From positions 174,159 through 238,158 of the forward strand of contig NMRA01000371.1 of the NCBI GenBank assembly GCA_002633005.1: a stretch of DNA of 64,000 nt, read 5' to 3'. Numbering within the stretch: the first letter of the stretch is position 1; each line of letters opens with the position of its first letter. The notes beneath the pieces were generated by a model, which had not been told where the DNA came from, did no database searches, and saw nothing but the letters and a program-made list of their open reading frames with translations. Source of the DNA: Phoronis australis (lineage: Eukaryota; Animalia; Phoronida). The translations under genes were made by a program, and so were the position numbers. Of the stretch, positions 36,058 through 48,600 are shown in pieces.

Positions 36058-36562
36058 TTAGGTCACGTGATGTGACCAACACGTGGTGTGCAGGCCAGAC
36101 TTAAAAATGTTTGTAACAACAAGCCAACCATATAATTGCTTCTGTTTGAGGGTTTAACATTTACCAAGAGATGACACTTTACTGCAAGATGAGTCAGTGA
36201 TTGAGACTTCACCAATGCAGTCATGTAAATACGTTGTTTTTGTCGTGACTTCAATCAGACTATGAATTGAAGGAAAAACTTGCTATAACCAACGATACAG
36301 GAACCAAAAGAGGCTTGCATAAAAATTCATGCTTTGATCGCTGGAAACTTCAACAATGTCAAAAAGTATGTTAAATAATTTCAACAAGATATACAATAAT
36401 GCAATAACCTTAATTCTATTACTCAAAGCTTTTAATGTAACTGCATATTAAGTTCTTGCATAACTAGTGTAACATGTCTGTCATGAAACACTGCATACAG
36501 CATCATTGTGTCTTGTTGAGATACGCATCATTCACTGAACGCATCAGTCACATGACAATGTG

Positions 36563-36653
36563 TCACGTCAGTACTTCTCTACCCTCTTGTGAGGAAGGAC
36601 CATGTTGTACATTGGACAGGGGGTGTGTCCATTGGGTCTGTTGAGTCACGTGA
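36563..36653 (-). CDS. STXBP4: STXBP4 last exon (WW domain, second half)
   Basis: tttcag|T CAC GTG ACT...; NHVTQQTQWTHPLSNVQHGPSSQEGREVLT*. Confidence 0.9.
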
Positions 36654-39600
36654 CTGAAATAGACCAATCAGATAATGAGATTTCAAGAAAAGAATTTTTG
36701 GCAAAATAATGTAGTTGTAGTAAATTTTTTTCAAGAGTGCCAACAGAAGTTTGACAAAGTCAAAAAATATTGACACGCCAACAGCTATCAAGGTATGTAT
36801 CAAATAAAATGTTAAGGAAAATGAATTCAGGCTTGTAACATTTCACATAATATAACCAAAACCAGAGCAGGGAGTAAATCCTTCACGAGTTATCATGTTA
36901 AACTGACAAAATCATTTTTATGGTCAAAAATGCATTTTTGGGATTATTGTTGGATAAAATATGTTGTTCTTTTTCATAACAAATCATCAACTCTTTTTGT
37001 TGTCTGCCAGGCATTCTGGCAGTGACATTAAAGTCAATGTCTTTACCACATTCAAATTTGATGCTGCAGTTCACCGAATGGGTTGTAGGTGATTTTTTGG
37101 CTGCCACCGCAAGGGTTCCAGGTTGGAGTCCACGCTTGGGCTATAATAGGACCAGTTGGTGAACCTTGTCTCTACATAATGAGTTGATGAGAGTCATTCA
37201 ACTCCTTTATAGGATCCTGCACTGGTCCATCATGGGTCACATCCAAGCCATGGCTGGTACACACTTATACAGCAGTAGAGATTAGAGCTTTGTTTTGGTC
37301 AAGGTTAGTCACATGACAGCAGCAGCAGGCTGCAGATGACCTCATGACCTTTTGGTTGAGGGTCTGCCACGCTAAACACATTGGCTCTGCCCCAGTATCA
37401 GTAAAATAGTTTACCCAATCAGTTGCAAAGAAGAGACTTTGGTTGAATCTCTCAAAAGATTCTAAGCATTGTCAGCATAGGCAGTAAAGTAAGCTGGAAG
37501 AATCCTTGTGAAGCAGCGTGTGCAGATGGCAACCAATGTGCTGGTGGCTCAGCAGGCTCAGATTTAGGTGTACATTATTTTCAATAAATAAATGTTTTTC
37601 TCTCGCAAGTGATGAAAACATACAGTATTTCTAGTGTGACAAATGGGTCTTTCCTCAACGCTTATCATACTGACTTTTAAAAAATTTTGAAAAGATTTAG
37701 CTCACCAAATTTGGACAACATTGAAAAGGCAAATTTTGGAAGACCGCCAAATTCAAACACCACTAAAATCTTTTCTTAAGAGATTCGTCCAAGAATGAAT
37801 TTGTTCTGTTGGATGGCGTGGCATTTCACTACTTTATTGTAGCGTTTATAGTCTTATCATTTATTGTCAGTAGACATGACAGTCATTAATCTTTAATTAC
37901 TTTAAAGATATGATCAAAAATTAAAGTTGCAGGTAATGTTTAAGTAACGGTGACATGATTCCCGTATTCGCGGCTGTAAGGTAAGATATTATTTTTTGTA
38001 CAATGGCAGCACGGCGCACACGAAGGGCTTTGCCATCTTTTGTCCTTCAAAACCATTGGGAAGGGGTGAAACGTGACATCCCGCATCCATGGATATTTAT
38101 CCAGCTTATCCCACCTCTTTGAATTGGCATTGCAGCCCACGGCACAGCAGTAATACCTTTCAGGCATGACTTAAATATTGATATGAAATAGAAAGTATTC
38201 GCACGACAGATGCTAACTTGTGAATCTCCATAGGGGTGAAAAACGAGGCTGCTGACCTGCCCGTCTTTCCAGAGGTATGTAGCTAAGACATTCCTCACGG
38301 CATGGGAGAGCGGTCAATGTGGAAGGCAAGAACTGATACATTTTGACCTGGACAATCATAATGTGTGCACCATACAGGTCTGCCAACCCATTTGGTACAT
38401 GATCTGTAACCTTCATGCTTAAAGTCCATGCTTTATTTAACAATTGAAAACTTGTATGATTTTCAATTTTTTTTTCGAAAGTTAAAATTAATATCAAAGA
38501 TGGCGTGATGCACACCAAAAACAATTCTGATCTACACTGATAAAGGTTCTCAGTGGTAAAGGGTGCATGACGAAACACGGTGAATTCCTTTTCTCATTTT
38601 CTAAATTTAATCCAATTCCTTGGATTTGTCTTAGAAATTCCGAGCTTTACATCTTGAGATAATTTCCAAAGCATAAGATATCCAATAATTCATATGCAAG
38701 TTTTCATTGGTGCGCCTGATAAATAATTACACAACCCACTGGTACTCACAATATGTCTTATTGGTCAAACCATACACTCTCAACTATTTCCATCACATAC
38801 CAGATTTTTGTAGACATTATTTCAAAAAACGCCAACATTTTTTATGTTATTTTTACTTTCAACGTATTGTTAAAGATAAATAATTGTTTAAAATCCCCCA
38901 TGTTTTAAAATCTGTACATAACAACTAAAATTTATGCCTCAACATAGTACCAGAATACAGGTAAATCTGTAACAGTTGGCACCTCTGGGCATATTTAATA
39001 TTTAAATTCAGGATCAGAACAAACACAAGCATTGGGGGAAATGTTTCCTCATAATAGCAATAGAGGGCAGCGCCATAAACAAGCTAAGGAACTACAAACC
39101 TCCAATAAAGAAATGTACTCTTCAAAGACCACTTGAAAATACAGATTATCATGTAACAAGTAGAATAAAATTTGATTTCACAGAAAAACGTCGTTAGACA
39201 AGATATTTAAAGATTGACAAACATCACCTGGTGTCACAAACGCTTGGAAAAGTTGGCAATGACCAGCAAAAGTTAGCAGTTAATTTCTCAAGTAAGACAA
39301 CTACAGATTTATAAATTCCCCATATTAGAGATAGACAATTCAAAACATCCAGCAAATCCTTTGTAGCCTTTAAAGCCAGTCTCTAGAGATTAAAGTCAGA
39401 TATTGCCCAAATCATACGCTCAGTACTTCTCAATACAAATCACTCTCAACCTTACTTTGTATAATACTTCATTCCATCCTCTGTGTACGCTTCATCCCAA
39501 CCAAACGGCAAAGCTGAAAAAAAATTAACAAATTGACATTAGTACGGTTAATAGAGATTCTGGACCAACAACTGTCCTGAAAGACCAGTGATCAGTCTAT

Positions 39601-42600
39601 TTCTTCTTCATTATAAATTATTAATAAACAATACTTATTTGCACCAACACTTGTTCATTAGGGCATTTTTTCAGATAAAAACTCAAAATTTAAAATGCAA
39701 ATAATGCTGACTGAAGTTGTGAGATCCTGGACAGAAAGTTATCAGAGACGTGTTTCAAATAACAGTAAAATAGCTTGACAGTAGCTTTCTGAACTAACAA
39801 CATTCCCGAGAAGTAGTCGGTACACACTTGATGCACAGTTGGTGCACAGTTGGTGCACAGTCGATGCAGTTGATGCAATCGGTGCACAGTCGGTGCACAG
39901 TCAGTGCACAGTTGATGCACAGTTTGTGCACAGTTGATGCACAGTTGGTGCACAGTTGAGGTTCCTTTTTTGCACAGCTAAAACATGGCGTCTGTTTCAT
40001 GAAAAGTAACATGAGACTTAGGACAGAAATTTGGTCATACGTTCCCAGTACACAACTGTTGAAAACAGGTTTAACCAAGGAATTATAAGCAAATCGCCAT
40101 AGAGAAATAATTTATAGAAATTATCTCAGTAGCTAGCACTTATGTGTATATTCACGGATACTTTACACCATTGTTCAAGTGAGATTTGATAGTTGTGTGG
40201 AGCAAAAGACCAAATTTCTTAAGTGTTAAGTGAAATTGACCTCAGGTCACAAACAATACTATACAACAACACAACCACTCACGTTCGACCTCAATCAGGG
40301 ACTTGACTGACTTGACAACATCTCTCGCTTCAGATGCTAAATTCTGCGGGGTTAGCTTTTTATGTTTGCCCAGGTAGCCAGGTGGTTTGTTACCATGGGA
40401 ACTCTCCCCTCGTGTGGTATCAGACCTGGAAACAAGAGCATAGCAATTATGGACATGTGAAACCAAGTCAGGTCCACACTGAGGATCAAACATAATGTAT
40501 TAATTATAAATAGTTTAAATAAAAATAATTAATGACCAAACTCACCGGAATGACACCAAAAACATTGTATGTTTATAATGACCTTGAGAGAATTTGACGA
40601 TCTCGAGGTCATCAAGATCACAGTGAGGGCAGTCCTTTTGTGCGTCCAACATGTTGGCAGAATGTAAAAACTAACTTCTAACCTTAATTCAACCCTTACG
40701 AGAAGTCATCAACATAAGTCAGATGACATCTCTGCATTACCTGTATACACTGTTGCCCTGTCCTGTCAGAGTGGCGTGGACAATCTGAAACAAAACAATA
40801 ACAATAACAAAATAATATATTGAGAATGAAGTAAACTCAACAATAGCCCGCTGCAGTTATTAGAGCAACACATCTTTCATACAATAAAAATAGCAATAAT
40901 GAAGAATCTGAGCTGCCCAGAATTTTGCGGGTTCGAAAAAAATGAGAAGAAACTGTGCTGGGGATCTTGAGAATAATGGCTTGTGAAACTTGGGATAGAA
41001 TCCATGACTTCAGGCTTCTGGAGCACTGTTCTAGGGCTTCAGCTGCAAAACTCCCATTACTGTGCAGTAAGTTAACTACTTCTAATTTAACATGGTCATT
41101 GGCTTTCCCCGATCATCTATTACTTGAAAGGTAATAGAATAGATATTAATTTGATATTAATCAGTGTTATATTTTTAAGGTTATGTAGAATCTTTATTGA
41201 ATAGTTGGTATATTTAGCCAAATGTCTACAAAGCTACAGACTGTAGCCGGTAAAGGTGCATATTTACTGAAAGCAGAAAGTCTGTAGAATTTGCAACCAA
41301 TTGGGTCACATGACCATATCTTTTCAATAAAATTTAGCAACAAAAGAAAAGAACATCCGTACCAAAACAACAGTGTCAAAAACACGACCAAATTTTGCTT
41401 GATATAAATGTTCAACATGAAATCTCAAAAACACTGTTACAACGAGTTTTGTGAACAATTCCAAACAGTGCAGAACATGAAAGTTCCATAGGAATTCAAT
41501 CAGCTACTTCTGAGTACCATGTTCCGAAGTTTGCTAAATTTGAACATTTTTCAATGGTCCTAAATAACCTTCATATACACACCCGAGAACAAAATTTTTG
41601 AAATGTGACATCGATTTATATCAAAGCGTTTGTCACTTATCTATTTTCTGTTATTACTTTGACCTAGACCAGAACGGCTTACAACGCGTGTATGCGAACT
41701 GTATTGACCGACTTGAAATCGAGCACAACTTAAAAACTGTTTACTTTCTGGTACAGCTCAACTACTTGTGTTATAAAAAATAGAGCTCAACAAGTAGTCT
41801 AATGACAAAAGGAGCAAGCACTGCGATATGCTCCAATCAAATAAAGGTCTTGAAATTCAACTATTCAATGGCACAGAAAAATTGAGGTGTACCTCGGCAA
41901 ATTGTAACAATTTTTCTGTTGAGACCTCATATGTCTTCTTACTGACTTCGGCCTTCCGAAGTTGACAAGCTAAAACGGCAAGTCTTTTCTGAACAAGCGG
42001 GTTTTCCTGCAAGCAAAAATGCCATGTCAAAAACATGAATTGATCTTGTCACAATGCATGACCGTTCACGCAAGTTACATTTGGAATCTGAGTTAAGGTA
42101 TGTGATCATTCTGAAATAAGGCGTCTGTTTATTACAATATCTAAGCCTAAAACTCAGCCATTTGTGGAATGAATATATCCATCTGAAAAATCAAAAAGAT
42201 TCCTATTTCAAATGACATGCTCCCCCATTCAAGTATCCAGCAGAGTTATCAAATCTCCATAGAATTAGCACTATTCAATTTATTTATCATCTCCCTGTTC
42301 TGCTGAGCCTTCTGTTCAGCGATCTAATTCTCCAGCAGTTATCTCCCCTTCTTAGACCTACCACCAGTCTTTACTTACCATCTCCTTGTTCTGCTGAGCC
42401 TTCAGTTCAGCGATTTCATTCTCCAGCAGACCAATCACCTCTTCGTAGTCCTGCTCCATGTTACGTGCTGCATGCTGGGCCTGTTCTGCCAGGTGCACCT
42501 TACTACGCAGTGAACGACTCTCAGTGATGGCACCTTGAGCCTCCTGGAATAATGCACAAAATAACGTCACTCTGTATAAGTGCTGCAGATGAAAACTGTG

Positions 42601-45600
42601 CTTCACCAAGCTTGGCTTGATATTTTGTCATAAAGAAACACCGTCGCCACAACAGGCTGAACTTCATAGTACGTATTGTAACAATACAATATACGGAGTA
42701 AAAACTGGTATTTTAAATGTAACAGTTTACCAAAGAATTTATTAAGTTATTAGGCAGCACACTTTTGAAAATTAAAATACAATGAAATGTGGACAAGGAA
42801 AAACTAGCTTCACATTACTGATAACATACTGGGACAGGAAGTCAGCTGGCCTCTCAAGCATTAAGCACAGTTATCACAGCAGAAAGCAAGATTACACAGT
42901 TTATGTTGAAACACTGACATACACAGCTTATGGGAACCGGTGGACATTTTCAGATCTTGTTCATTTCATCACTCTTTCGGCAAGAAAGCAGAGTTACTCA
43001 TTGCTAATGCTCAAAATTTTTTTCATAGTAAGTAGAACATTCCAAGTTGATGAAAATTAGCTTCACAAAGGTTTTGTTCACCTTTAACAGTAAATAATTG
43101 GATTACCTTTCTTATACGGAGGAGTTCTTCTTCTGCAATTTTGCAACTTTGTTCTTTTTCTTTTAATAAACCCTGAAATGTATGTTACAAAATTTTGTTG
43201 TAATGAAACTAGGACAGGAGAAGTACCAAGTTTTGATTTAATCTACCTGAAGAAACAAACATGACATAATACAGGACACCACTACGGACGTAACATCTTG
43301 CAGAAACCATTTCTAAAATCTAAAGAATTGAGCAAAAAGGTCAAACGTCAGTCATAGTAAACCACATACTTAGGCAGTAATCGAGAAAGTTTAGTTGAAT
43401 CTGTCTGTGCCCCACAATGTTGAACAAGTCTGTGCACCCCAATGTTCAACATGTCTGTGCGCCCAAACGTTGAACATGTGTGCGCCTGCCAGTGTTCAAC
43501 ATGTCTGTTTGCCCCAATAATTTCTACATTTCTGCTGACCTGATAACTCTAAAATACTTTAAAGCACCTATAAACCTACTTTCTATAAAAAATATAACTT
43601 TCAACTTAGATCACATAACATTTTAAAATTGGTATCAAATTGTCCCTTATTCAGATTAGAAGTGGGTTCTGGGTTTGGGAAGAACAAAGAGTTTATCATT
43701 TCTCAACTTACTGAGCTTGGCCAAAAGTAGTAACAACTATTACCTCTTAAGCCCAGATGCCTAAAAATGACTTCTAATCACACTATGGAACAAGCCAAGA
43801 CCAATGTTAGAATGGTAAGTAGTCTAAGTCCAAATTAATTTTTAACAGAACTTGCATTTACAGTAGCCTAAGCGTCAACTGGATACTAACACAGAAAAAA
43901 GTTCCAATTAACATTACAGCCGTACCTTGAGCCTGTCAACTTCCTTCCGTAACTTGTCTCTCTCCTGCTTCACTTGGTCATAGTCACTTGGTACTGGTGC
44001 ATTGTGGGTAGGGACAGCAACGTCTGGTATACTGCTCAGCTAAATAACAACATGGAATACTGTACTGTGACAAACAACACAAAGCCAGAATGCAAGCAAA
44101 GACAACCAACCACAAATCCAGTTTACCATAAACATTTTGGGAGTGTTTTATTTTTTAATCACAAGCAATAAGCATGCTCAAATACTACACCCCAGACACT
44201 AAAAACTCAATATTTTGTACACATTTTTGTTAAAGATTGATTTTTCAGAAACAATAATTACTTCAGGTTTAAATGGAGGCGGCTCCGTGAAATCTGTGAT
44301 GTCATTGGCAGCGAAGTACATAGTACTGTTACTAATGTTACGGTCCTCCAATTCAAAACGAAAGATCTCTCGAGCCGCTCGTACAAATTCTGAAAAAAAC
44401 GACATTGCAATAGTTAACCACTCTGGAGATGTTGAACGATATGGGGCACTCCAGCAATTTTTGAAAATTTACATAATTACAAACTCTACAAAGCCACTGA
44501 AGTCACGGTGTTACCATTTAATACAAAAAAGCAAAAATGAATACTGTTCATAAATGTCAGTGTAAGATCAAAATGAGAATTCAAAAGATAAAAACTCTGG
44601 TAAAACCTATTATATTTATTTCAACTTCTATACCATATGAAAGACAACCATGTCAATTACAAGAAAACTATGGTTGGACACGACAGCCAAAATAGGCGAT
44701 TTCAATAAAAAATCATTTTTCAGAAAATGCATTGATGCACAGTAACCATTCGTACACCAAGGGTGGGTAAAAAGGTTAGGTAGCAATGATATCCGCCTAC
44801 ACAGTATAGCCTAAGCATATTTGCTGTACAAATCATACACACTAGCGCCCTCTTTGTGCCATGCCATCAGTTGTGATGTAAATTAATGAGCAGAATGTTC
44901 CATTAAGTGGGTTCCTACTTGACGACGATCCAAGTACTTAAAGGTGATCATGTTAAGTGGAGCAGCGCAAAACAATAACTAATGGGTTTATATATGTAAA
45001 TATGCAATGATGAGAACTTATCTGTACTTTGAGTGCTTCCCAAGTGATGACTGTCGGATATCAAATTACCATGCATGTATTGTTATCCATCACTGCATAC
45101 ATTAGTGAAGTGATTAGTGTGAGATGAAGAAAGGTAAACAGGAAATGGATCCTGTAATCCCAGACACCAAATGTAAATGAATTTGTGATGAATTAGGTTT
45201 GTTTTCAGATTGAAATGTGAAGGTACAAGGAATAATAAGTGGATGAGAATCAATATGGCCGTCACAGATTACACAGAAATAGAACTCTCTTTGTCCTGGA
45301 GGTAATAAAGCGTGAGCCTCATTTTGGAATGTCAGGCATATTATCACAGGTCATGTCAAAAACCGTAGAGGAGTAGGGCCATGGAAATATTCGCGATTTC
45401 AACCTTCAAAAGTACTGGAATTGAAAGGGTATCTTCAGGGAGTTCTGTTCCATTCAAAACTAACCTGGAGAACTCGTTTTGTCCACTAGCTCTGCATTTT
45501 CAAGTCTTTGACTGATTATTTGGGAAGGTAAACAACTTAGCTTCCACGGATATCTGTCAAGTTTAATCCAACTTAATACAATAATTGCAGGCTTCCTGTT

Positions 45601-48600
45601 ACACGTTGTACCAGACATGCGAAGGCCGCGCATGTGAGCCCATTGCACTGATCACTAGGAACCATTTTTGTGGTTTATTGATATATAGTTAAAGCCAAGC
45701 TCCCCTGTTAGACAAAAGCAGCAAAAACTGCATAAAATATCACCATGAAAATGATTGACTGCAACAACCAGTTGAAACCTCTAGCCATATCACACAACAG
45801 GCAAAACATGCCCAGCAATACCATGAAGAAAATTACCTCCATAGTTGACATGACCCGTCTCGTCAACAGGTAATCTCCGTCTCAATTCATACTGCTGTTC
45901 AGCTGTCGGTACAATACCTAAGTACTTCAATGCCTGAAACAAGAAGGACTTGATATTTTATTGGAACAATATGCACAAAATAACGAAACACCAAGTTGCC
46001 ATGGCAATGTTTAAGAATAAAGCAGATGAAACGTTTAAACATGGACAAAATCTTAATACAGTTACATAAATGTCTTCCTTAAAGTGATATTCTCGATGAA
46101 AAAATAATTATACAGAAATTAACAGTGGCATAGAGTTGAACTCATTCAATCAACAGTATCAGTCAAATCACATGCATTCAAGTAGCAAAGTATTAGAAGC
46201 ATATTGATAAGGACATGGGTCTTGACTTCAGCGACTATCTGACTAGACAATGGCAAGAATTGAAAATTAGTAATAAATTCACAAAAAAAACAGCAGATTT
46301 AGTTGTCGTGTAGCTCTGGTCAAACTTTATAATTTCAAGAAATCTATAACACCCAAAAATAATCCCAAAAATACATGTGGAAGAACTGACCTATCGCCAG
46401 CTCCGTACCCTTGCGAAATGTCGACAAACAAACAATAAGTTTTACCCAGCAACGTGTTGTTTGTTGGGTAAAATGGCGCCTTGGAAACGAAGGTGTGTCA
46501 AGAATGCTGCTTTCTGATTGGTCAGTTAAGCTGTCACTCAAAATCTTGGTGATAAATGAATTGGAAATGCATCAAAGATACAAACAGCTGACGTTGACAG
46601 CACGAATATCAACATCTGCATAAGCCAATCTTGCTGTGAAATTCTAATCCTTAGTTTGAAGTATGGCAATTAAAAAACAGTTGACAGTAAAGCAACAGTT
46701 GGAATACAACAGATGTCGTATCTTCTAATTAGTGCCAAACACACATATTTTTCATAAAGGTTAACTCTACAAATTAATAAAACCATACAGAATTTAAACT
46801 GTGTTTAGAAGTGAAATGAAGTTTAAAGGAATGAGCCCAAATTTTTCAGTGCTTAGTAAACATAATGCCATGTAAAAACATTGCACTGAGATCAAAAGTG
46901 CATCGTACCAAATCCCTCCTTCTATTGCCAGCCAAGTTTGCTAATGTCAGACAAGCTGCTGACATCAGACATTAACTAAACTGTAGATAATCCCAGATTG
47001 TAGTAAATCTTGCTGAAGTAACCATAGAAACACATCAACTAATCCACGTTGTTGTCTGATCACGATGTCATGTGGCACGAATCTACTAACAGTAACTGTG
47101 ATAATTCCTCAAATTTGAGACAAAAAATATTGTTAAAATTGCCGCATTTGTATTTTTCAGATGCTTACCATGTTATTACACATGCTCAAAACAAAGGATG
47201 CTAAAAGCAACGTAAATTTTTCTGAAAATTCATTTCCATTGAGAAATTTGGCAAAATGAAACCTCCCATGGCCGCCGCATCGTAAACAAAGTATTGTAAA
47301 CGTTCATCACTTTGGGACACAATATGGTGAACAAGTGAAATTTCATTTTAACGAATTTCTCAATAAAAATAACTTTTCAGAAAAACTTACTTGGCATTTA
47401 GCATGGTTTGTATGGCATAGCTTTTACCAAACAACACTTGAAAAATAAAAATGTGACAATTTTTAGCAATTAAATTTGGCCCAAAGTAAAGAACAGTTTA
47501 CTAAATATTAAAACAAACCCGCTTTGTCTTACCACTTCTAGCTTTTCCACTTTTAACCTGACATGTGGATCTAGAGACAGTTTTCTGCTCTGTGCTGGGG
47601 TTCTTCTCTGTCCAGTTCTGGGGTAGCCATTGGCCACAGTTTGACCAGTGACTGGGGAGAGGTCAACTGGTCTGGATGCTGGTGGGACAGGCTTGTTGTT
47701 TGGACCTGAAAACAGACATGGTAATGATTAGTATAATTATCATTACAATAAAACTATTTTTGTTTTGTGTAACCACAAAAGAGGACATTAATATCTAACA
47801 CATGATTCAGACCATTATAAATTAATTTTTTCCTGAATATTTTAAAACAATTCAGAGTTAAGACAGAAATCTTAGCTTTTAAACAGACTATTCGTCATGT
47901 AAAGCGACCAACAAGTCGTGTGCAACAGACTACTAACATTTTCTTTTCTATGTCGACACCCTGATTCACAGCATATTCATGGTCCAGGCAATGGACACTT
48001 GCATTTTAGCTCTAATGCCTTAACTATTTAAATCACTTTGCACTGGTTCAATAGTTCCATGTCATACTGCGAACTACTTCAAAGCCCATGTTCGGGTTGG
48101 AATGAGGAGGTCAAGTTTAAGCATTAATGTCAGGTTTTCTCAGGTCTTGATGTTCAAGATTTAAGTTTTTGGTTACGTTCTACTTCTGAGGTACAAAAGC
48201 AGGCGCGAGCATGTGGTCACTGGTCTGAAATGATAGATGTTATTATGTAATTTGAGGTACCTGTAATTAAACTCTGATTAGTAAATTTAAGTTGTTTTTT
48301 AATAAGACTTCAGAAACACATAGAAATTATTAATTTGATCTTAAAAACCATTTAGACACAAGTTTGAAGTCCATATCATATTGATGGTCAAAATCTGGGA
48401 GTAAACGGAGCTCCAAGGCTAAAATGCATACTCACCACCCATGGTTTTGATCAAATATGACAACGACATAATTTTATGTCACGTGTTTATGATTCTTGCT
48501 TATCAATCCAAAAATGTCTGTAAGTGGCAGTACCTAAAAGCATTGGAATCCTAATGTTCGTTATCTTTGGTAAATATTCTTCAGTTTGGAACAGTCTCTA

